A stretch of DNA of 64,000 bases from assembly GCA_003344405.1 (NCBI GenBank), contig NOWV01000018.1:620001-684000 (forward strand). The letters run 5' to 3'. The notes below the pieces were generated by a model that saw only the letters and a program-made list of their open reading frames with translations, was not told the origin of the DNA and ran no database searches. Both the position numbers and the translations under genes were made by a program. Positions 54,397-64,000 of this stretch are shown piece after piece; position 1 is the stretch's first letter, and every line of letters begins with the position of its first letter. This DNA is from Trichoplax sp. H2 (taxonomy: Eukaryota).

Positions 54397-56003
54397 AGCT
54401 CCAAGTGAAAGTTTCCACTATATTTGTAATAATTACTAAAACAAAGAAAGGATTATATTACAAGATTGCAAGATATCTAGTCGATAATTACCAACTATTA
54501 TAACGAGTTGAGTCAATGAGTTGATATTTTTTGATTTTTTATTGATATGTCGCATCATCTAAATCAATATATCGACTTTTATGTATAATCCAAAATATGG
54601 ATGTTTAAATTGAAGACGCCATATTTGTAGTTTAAAAGCGCAAGCTACTGGAATTATATATATCCTCGCATATTTTCTTTAACACAGATCACAGTTTAAG
54701 ACAAGCAATAATTAATCGTAAATAATGCAAATTTAAATTGGACCAAAGCATTAAAAATGTCGATTTAATTGTACACCTATTTCGTTGTTCAAGAAATAAC
54801 AAGAATTTGCAAAAAATCGAATCTTTAAAGTAGTAAATACGAGAAAGCCTACAAATAAAAGCATCAGTAACGATCAACTAATAATTAAAATGAAGCAAAG
54901 ACAATTTTATAGAAATAATAAATCACCATAACAATTGCCTGCTGACATTTAAAAAATTTATCAATAAATTCTAATTCCTAACGGCATAAAGTAAGACAAG
55001 ACATACCGTATAAAGAAATCAATAGTGAAATGACCTTGATCGTGGACTACTAGAATTGTATATGTAGTAACCTCAACTAGGTACATGTAATCGGTAAAAT
55101 TCGATAAGCAGATTTCCAACTGCAATATTATAATTAATGATCAGCAAGTATAGGCTCGTCTAATGATGCTTACATAAGAAGAGCTTTTGCAAATGAGCAC
55201 AGTTATTCTAGTTACAATTGTTTAATGATTTCATAAGTTTAATCTCTATTTCGTTCATGAAAAACGATTGCAAAATTTGACTCGATATGAACGAGATGAT
55301 CATGAAAGAATCAAATGTGAAAGGGGAAAAATTTAACTTCTTGCGTCAATTTACCATTAGTAATTTTGGTAATTTAACTTACATGATGGCCCACATTAGA
55401 ATATATGGAACCAAGTCTGCACAACTGGTGTTAATAGCAGGTTAAAATTAGCAACACAAGAATGCAAATAGTGGCGTACAAAATTAAATTCAATAATCCT
55501 ATTTTGACTGCTATAAATACTGTACTTGCTAAATACACGTTTTACAAGTAAATTAAAGTTATTTTTTTCAGGGCTGATTTCTTAATTTGTTAGCTCACGT
55601 ACAAGGAAGATAAATATCTAGCCACAATAGCTAAAATTTATATCCAGAAAAAGTAAAATGTATTCTTAAAGTCAGTTAATGAATAATCTAGTAGCAATTT
55701 CATAGATATCCATGACATAACATTCATCACTATTAAGCATGAATCAATCATTATACTCTAATTTATGGCGCCAGAAACAGATTTATACCGCGTGATAATT
55801 ATTAATCAATTAATTACTGTGCAAAGGATTTACCACAAATGTAGAATTATAGACATACAAAGTAAATATCTATCTTGAACGTGATTGTCAGCAGAATACG
55901 ATTAAAAAGTTCACGTTGAACTGTACAGTACTTTCTACTGTCGGGTAAAATGGCATATCGAGAAACCTAGTCAATGTTTATTATAAATTAATTTGGCCTT
56001 TCT

Positions 56004-59000
56004 TTACGTTAAACGAGGTTCAAGTTGCAATGATAATTCAAATAATTGTTTGTCGCAGTTAATTGGTTTAGCATTTAAAATATATTTCATGACCTGTAAC
56101 GAAAGACACAATAGCGTTAATTTAAAAATTTATACATTTCAACAGAATAAGTCGAGGGCAATTGCTACATAGTGATACTCGACTCAGAAATATTTAAATT
56201 GGCATCATGAAGTACCTTTGGTAAGCATCGCATACGATATGGAGTTCCTTGATAGATCCTAATCTCTTCAATGAGGTGTGCAATCTGTGACACGATTATA
56301 AATATCTATCAGTTTAAAAGCGAGCGAACTACTTTCTAGGTAAATCCTAATCTTTTGATATCGAGCATAGTTTGTATAAACTTGTATTTATAAATTGTGG
56401 TCTCACGATCAGTTAGAAATTAAACAAGCAAATTATAGACAAAATCAAATCCCCAGTTTAGTGGTACGTAAAGTATACACTTCACAACCGATTTCCTGTA
56501 TCAAGGATAGCAGTAAAGTATTTCAATGCTCTATACAATCACTGTTAGAATTGGAAGTTAAATAAACTGGTTTCTTTCTAAATATTACAAACAGATTATA
56601 ATATGGCATTATTATACGAATTTTTATCAAATAATAAATATTAATAGAAAGGATAATATCAGATAGCAAAGTATACTCAATCTACTACCTTCTGCAGGAA
56701 AGCTAGGCATTAATTAATAAAATGATGAAGGTATATGAAATGTTGCTTACCATTCTTAGCTTGGAAAAGTTAATCAACTGATCATCAGTTTCTGAAGGAT
56801 TAGCTTCTTCCATGAATGTCAAATCGGATAGATATAACCCAAGATAGGGTACACATGGTGGTTGACAGCTAGATCATATTAAAGCTGACATCATTACCAA
56901 GGATATGAACAATTACAGTAAAAGGATAGGTGGTGATTGAAACAATCACATCAAGCTCCTAATTACTTACCATCGCAAAGCCTCTTTTACATTTTTAAAT
57001 CGTCTATCAGCACTGGCTAACTCTTCCAATCGTTTGATAATTAACTTTTCCTATTGATTGATAGAATAGATAGCTATTGATTACTATTTTTCAATAATAT
57101 TATTTACCGTTTAAAAATCGAATAATGCAGCAAAAGAATACTATAAAGGATTTCAAAATAAAAAAATTTGCTAAAAATAGAATAGAATGAAGTATTTAGG
57201 TAGTATATTTACTGTCAGCCAATGTTAGCTATCATTAAAAGCTACAAGAAATCATCAAAATGGCTTTATCGAAATAATATAATCATTGAACAAGGGGACA
57301 TGATCACCTGCTTTGACACTTTTTCCCATGTTTTCTTTAATCTATGAATGCTACTATTGGTAAGAGCAGCAACAATAGCCATAACAGTGTTGAAATTATT
57401 CATACAGCGGCAATTATTGGCAATTTGAGCCCATTTCTCAATTACAGCAGCGCGAGCAGCAGGTTGAGAACGGTTTAAGATTTCAGTAGCTACCAAACGA
57501 CTAGTCTATTAACAAAAATCGATCCTTTAAGTATTTCAATCATGTAATAGCATGTTTCTTGACTTATATCATATTATAGCTAAATATTAATAATGTAGAT
57601 TCTTCATTGATCCATAAATTTTTGCTAGAATGGAGATAAACATCTCTATCTCTAATACTACAGCGGATTCCTGATAGTTGTAATATATAAGTATGCTAAT
57701 CATTTAACAGTTTTTTCACTAAAGGTATGATGCTATAGTAAGCGTCGAGATATTTTATTATCGATGTAGATTCTTCACAGACTCATGAAAGATTCCTACA
57801 TAGTATGAGAAGAGACACTATATTTTTTACTTGTAGCGTAAAATTATTATATTTTCATGAAAGCCTGCCGCCAATATAAAAAGAGACGCCGCAAGTTTAC
57901 TGGCTTTAAATGGTAAAATTTTTTCAAAGTATTGTTCAATTATAATCAGTTTAGTTAAGTCTAAAAATGGTCGACTATAGTAGCGATAAATTAGAGAATC
58001 TACAACTAACGAAACCAGTGGTTAAATCCCTATAAATATTGACTTACATGATTAAAGTAGTGGATTGCCCGAAGAACGTTTGGTGCCTTAGTATCACGAT
58101 CACCTTTCATCCAAGATTTTTGGAGCAGTTCACTACTCAATATCGGATTAAAATTTAAAGATAGATATTAAGCCTTATTCTGGCCTTAAATATAGAATTA
58201 TTTATATTATAAATCAAGTTAAAACCTATATTCGATTTCTAATAGTCTTTGATAAGTAACATTAAGACATATTCTTTATTTTACACAACATCGGTAATAG
58301 TTATTCTGACATTAAAAGGCTCGAATTAGGATATTTAATATAGTAACTGAGGCATTGCATGAGTATACATATATAAAAATGCATATGAACTGTATACTAT
58401 TAATTATAAATTTGTAAATACAATATTACTGCTTAATGATCTCATTTGGATGATACAAACCCTGAACCGATTGCTGCATAGATATAATAATGCAAAAGAC
58501 ACATTTGTTCAGCCATTTCAAGAACAGGAATCTCATCAAGTGTTGTATCCTCCACCTATAATAGTTTAATTTTAGCACAAACTTAATTAACATCCTATAA
58601 TTGGAATACCAAAACATGGCTTTAAAATATCGATATCGCTAAAGAGATACACAAAAATAATAATTCACTTACATCTGATGTAACATTAAAGCGCTTTTCA
58701 AGTGACATTGTAGCATAAATGCTGACATCTTGTGAGTTCATAATTCTATTAAGAACCATTAATTAGTCAGATACAGGAAAAACACGGAATTTAGCCATCG
58801 TTGATTTACTTGTATAATAACTTTGATATCTTCTATTTACTTACTTGATCATGGCCTTTGGTAGTTTATCTTCTAAGCCGATTGTGCTAGCATCATTGCA
58901 AGCATCGGTTAGAAATTCAATTACTCTATTCTTTAAAACTTCATCGTTTATTAAATCCTAGGTAATTAGGAATTGCAAATATTTTTACTAATTAATTAAT

Positions 59001-62000
59001 TGATGATTGCAGGAGTAGTAAATATATAGCTAATATAGTTAGCACAACCTCAATGCAAATTCAATAGCAATACTAAAGAATAAAATTATTTTTCCAAGAT
59101 GTAACTTGCGTATTAAAATAAAATTACAAAAATATGCAATAAGCATTCATATTTCTATTTTATATTCCAAGTATAGAATGGAAGTGGTAATGTATCTACG
59201 ATCACGAAGTAAAGCAATACGGTTGGTAATAATTCTGAATATCACATCATGGATTAATATTGTACAGTATCACTCAAGGTATCATTAGGACACAATTTGG
59301 TAATTCGGATCCAATTTATTATAATTACATTAATTACTAGGTAGCTTACACCGTAAAAGTCAGGTCAATCTATGCCATACTTTTAGGAATTGCTAAGGAT
59401 TAAATTCAATACAAAATATTAACCTGAGGTTGATTAGAAAGCCAACTCTTAAAAATTTTTAGCACTCTCAGCATGCCATCACGAAATGACGGAGCACGAC
59501 CTATATAAATCATGAAAGTAAAATGATTAATTAGTAACCTTAAGATCATCATTTATGAGACTGTTTACAAATTTAAACACATGTAGGCCGTAAATATGAC
59601 CAGGTAAACTAATTTTTCTAATGCAAAGAAGAAAGCGATCTATGTATATTATGATAGAAATTAGTTAGCTGCCATTATAAACAAATACTTGTATTGCATA
59701 AATTGCGGGGATGCGGCTGTGTAATTATAACTACTGTCAATTGCATTGTGCAAAGCGATACTACCTTAGAAAATAAAATTACTAGGTTTAAATATAAGCT
59801 AAATATCTTACAGGCCCAATATTCTGCTTTAAAACAAATTTTAGCCTAGTATCATAGCAAGAAATAATGATTTCTTAGACATTTTAGCAGGTCGATATGG
59901 ATTACCTCGGGATATTTTCTGCTTGGGTGGAGCACTATCTTTTTCCTTCCGAGCTGGAACTGGCGAGGTAGCTACAGCGAAAGCTGCAACAGCTGGTGGT
60001 ACACTACTACGCCGTAATGAATCACGTGAAGATGTTACCACAACACCAGCAGAAGTTCTAGTTGCTTGCTCCGTTACCTCTAAGTGAGATGAAGAAGGCG
60101 AAGGCGAAGGGCATTTGGAAGCTGAAATAAATTATATTACAAGAATCATCCATTGCCTCAATAACAACATGGTAAATTATAGGATATTCGCTTCTCTTTC
60201 ATGTTTTAGCCTTAGCTAGTAACTGTACTTATATTTATGAATTATTGAAATCTGATAAATTGGATTGTAAAGATCACTTATTTTACAAATGTTATTAAAT
60301 TTTATGGCGTGATATCACAGATTAATCCGTTCTAACTTAAATGGTAAAATTCGTATGGGCTATTTGCTACAATACTTGAAATATCATTAAGAAAATGAAA
60401 ATTGTAACATACGATCTGATTCTTGGACATCTTTCATTTGGGGATTTGCAACATGGGCAACATTTTGAGCGGTTACATTGGGCAAACTTGCTCTTCGAGA
60501 TATATCTAACTGTAAATTAGTTACTTTTAAGCTAGATAGGGCAGACTTGGATTTAGTGCTCGGACTGTTTGGATGGCTCTTGATTTTATGGTTAGAATCC
60601 CTTGATCTTGTATCATTAATAATTGACTTCTTGTCATCTGGGGGCGATGTAGTCTTTTCAGACTTGTCGTTACTCTATAATTCAGGAATTTATTTATTAT
60701 TTATATATTATTCATACAGCAAATTATCCAAAATGGCAAAAACTATATTATTCATTCGCTCAGTTCATTGCATTTATCATTCATAACTTTGATTCGTTTA
60801 TAGCCGAAAAATAATTCCGTCAGATATTATTTCTCTATACTCGCGTTATTTACTACCGATCTTTTCTATGATTAAATTACCTAAAATGATTATACCTTAT
60901 TATATCACCAATGATTATGGTAGTTACTATAAGTTAAATTATTTCTGACTTTTTCTTAATTTTATAATTGAAAATTTATCTGTTAAATATCAATTGTCAG
61001 CGTGATATTATAGCAATTTCTTCGTGCAATTTGGCTTCATGATTGAACTATTTTGCTCTATTACAACTTATAACCCTAATTATATCGACTGCTACAGGTT
61101 AAACTTTCTAGGTTTATCAACTTATAATTGAAAATTTATCATATCTGATATAATCTATTTCTATACCCTTCGCTAACTATTCTTTTCATTTATTTTACTG
61201 TATTGGTTAGATGGACTAATACTACTAATATTGACGACGATATCGATAGAGGTAAGGTAAACTTACTTGTTTAGACCATGGTCTCCATCCAAAACCTGAC
61301 GATGATGAAGATGAGGATGGAGTCGTCGGGCTATCTTTACTAGATGTTGACTTATTGGAGAAATTTAAACTTTTAGAAGATTTCATAACACTTGAAAGAC
61401 TAGTGTTATTCTTATTCGATCCTTGTTTCATAGCTGACTCTAATTTATCATTATAAATGGAGAGTCGTAGATTATTAGGTCGAGAAAGAGGAGAAGACGA
61501 GGCAGATGTTAATGAATTAACCGAAGATGTTGGTGTGGATGTGGTTGTGGTTACCATCCCTAAAACAGAAGCTAATGGCGGCGTATTGGTAAGATATTCG
61601 TTAACATTGCCCATCAAATCTGGCTGATGGCGACGAGGTGATTTACGCTGTTTGGAGGGTTTAACCGTTGTTGGTATTGGATTGGTTAGTAAACGTGGCC
61701 GAAATGCTTTATCGTCCGAATAACCTTGAGCATAAAAGATATGATCAGAGCTATGGCGGCGACCTGCTGTATCATTTCGAACGTAATGCAAAGTTGGAAG
61801 AGCAATTTCATCTGGCGATGTTGGCGGCGATTCACTAGAAAAAGAGACCTGGCCGTAGAAACTAGCTGAATTATCCGAGATATATTCAAAGTTATGCTTG
61901 TCAATTCCATTGCTATTTCCTTTCCAACTGTTATAAAATTGTAATAGTTCATCGATAACATGCTCACTGGTTGTAAAAACATGATGAGTAAGCAGAAATA

Positions 62001-63261
62001 CATTAAGATAGTCTACGCTTAAAAATCGCAAATCCAATAAACGCTGGATTAGCTTTGTAGTGCTTGCATGGCGAATCTATAAATAAATGCAGCAAAATAC
62101 TTATTTAAACAGGAATCATTTCTTCAATTCGTGCAAATAGTAATCGAAAGCGGAAGAATAATAACGAATATAAATCAAGCTGGAAGCAACTTTTCCACCA
62201 ACAAAGTAAAATATTAATTAAGAATGGTGTGATTTGATCAATTTTATACTAATAATTTGCTAAGAGACACTACAGTAATGATTAATAATGATTAAGAAGA
62301 AAAATTTTTTCTAGCAATGGAGTGAGGTACGAATTTAAATTGGATTTTATGAATTTTGCGCAATTAATATTTAGCTAAAAGATGCTAATAATTAAGAATT
62401 ATTAAGATAGAGATGGCTTCTATCGGTGGAGTGAATTACTATTTAAATTGGAGTAACTTGGACGAATTTTGCTCCAACATAAATAATTTATAATAATCCA
62501 GATGGAAATAATCTTCTATATACGTCTATAAAACCCATGAAAATCTGTATCTAGCGACTTTACCTGCGGCACTTTATAAGAATTTAATACTTTACTGAAT
62601 CGAATATCAGAATTATCTTCAAATAAGTCGGGATCAGAGCTGAAAAGTTCAAGACAGATAGTAACATTAGAAAGAATCATTAGTTCATTGTTTTCGTTCA
62701 AGATGCAATCAAGGAAGATAGATTAAAGATTTAAAGCTTACTTGAGTGAAAAACGAGGGGTAGAATCTTCTGCAGAGTATTGATTTGATGATAAATTTTC
62801 AATACACTATAAGTAGAAAGATTTAAAAGTCATTTACGGCTATAGATTTCTACGTAAATAGTCAGAAATAAAATTGGGCCTGCAATGAGTTCAAGCCAAT
62901 CCATAGATTGGCATTCGCTAACCTGGCCAATATCGGTTGTCCATGCTGCTTTCTCTCTTTCCGTGGCTGCAGCAAATACAACTGAATATGGCGTTGAATT
63001 GCTAGGATTAATCGTCAGTTTAAATTGTAAACTGGTATCATTTTCTGAAATAATATATCCAATTGCACTGGCATTAAATCATAGTAGAAACGTCAATGAA
63101 GAGGTCATACAATCAAATATTCTCAGGATTTTCCGTTATACCTTACTTGGCATTTAAGATTAGAAGTACAATTTGCTTCTATTGAATACATAGAGTATCT
63201 TACCGTCATCATCGAGTTCTTCTTCAAGTATTGCTTCGGACAATTGAATTTTACCACATTC
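56004..63261 (-). CDS. RASGRF: Ras-specific guanine nucleotide-releasing factor (RasGRF1/2): PH2, split REM and CDC25 domains; N-terminal part lies beyond the window end
   Basis: YSVVFAAATEREKAAWTTDIGQ, SDPDLFEDNSDIRFSKVLNSYKVPQ|IRHASTTKLIQRLLDLRFLSVDYLNVFLLTH, RRSSVPPAVAAFAVAT, RVLKIFKSWLSNQP, LEMAEQMCLL, NNFNTVMAIVAALTNSSIHRLKKTWEKV, PPCVPYLGLYLSDLTFMEE and LSLQLEPRLT*. Stop at 56004-56006. Confidence 0.93.
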
Positions 63262-64000
63262 CTATGATGGAATTATACGTGCAATTCAAAGCTTGAGATA
63301 TTTAATAGATTTATATTTAAAAATGAGAATTTGATGACAGGATTACAGTTTATAATTGGACATTTAACTGTACCCATAAATTTATGCCTGAAGTGATAGT
63401 ATTTAGATAGAATTACAGTTTTTAAATTTGACTTGTACAGAAAATTAATTTTTGAATTCAATATAATATTAACCAAGCAAAGTTAAATAATTAATTCTAG
63501 TGGTAGAACTGCAATTTAAGGTTTTACATCATATAATTCACCGTTGCAGTCTACACCTTGTATAACTCATCATAAAGACTGCTGAGATTGTAAGTTACTT
63601 TTACTGAGTATATTGGAATAACAATTATAAGCTAACAGCTCTATTAAATTCTTTCTCTTACTTTAACAATATGGAGACGGCCACTTTGTAAATGCGAGGT
63701 AATAATTAAATGTTTGGTAAATAGGAAGCATAATCGAATGGATGGGTTATTTTTATCGCCAAATTTAGTCTTTGCTGCTAATTTCTTTTTTAAAGTCGAG
63801 ACATCTTTGGTTTTTTCCAGCGATACTTGAATGAGAGGACCTGATCATCCATAAAATAAAGGGAAATGAAGATTTAGTTTCACTGTAACGTAGAGATAAA
63901 ATGGTTCGCTTAACTTTAATGACGTAGTTATAAAAGTAAGATTGATTATACGCGTTTATTTGCAAACTGGAGAAGTTCCATAGGCATACTATGCAAAGGA

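Noticed and set aside
60962-61140. 19-bp direct repeat ttataattgaaaatttatc in a RASGRF intron
   Set aside because: AT-rich local duplication with no element features.

Overview
AT-rich (about one-third GC by eye), intron-dense animal genomic DNA with many short GT-AG introns. The compact architecture resembles a placozoan such as Trichoplax, which is an inference only. Splicing by hand gives 11 protein-coding genes, in order: PTPN9 (+, 5' end outside the window), ARMC8 (+), MAIP1 (-), FAM172A/ARB2A (+), SNX24/22 (-), DAZAP1 (-), COMMD10 (+), CFAP141/C1orf189 (-), C19orf25 (-), KIAA0825 (+) and RASGRF (-, 5' end outside the window). Non-coding content includes two decayed L1/Tx1-like LINE fragments, a 108-bp minisatellite, several degenerate tandem repeats and a small inverted-repeat element. 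Dense CAGTA/TACTG arrays lie between divergently transcribed genes. Highlights: (i) FAM172A carries six tandemly duplicated, frame-preserving micro-exons encoding an acidic N-terminal repeat; (ii) 9 of 11 genes have human homologues on the 1q/5q/15q/19p paralogon, including two human near-neighbour pairs; (iii) a palindromic RFX X-box lies upstream of the ciliary gene CFAP141; (iv) the same hairpin-embedded 16-mer lies upstream of both SNX24 and COMMD10. I found no prokaryote-type system, CRISPR array, rRNA or tRNA. Gene names come from recalled protein sequences, not a database search.
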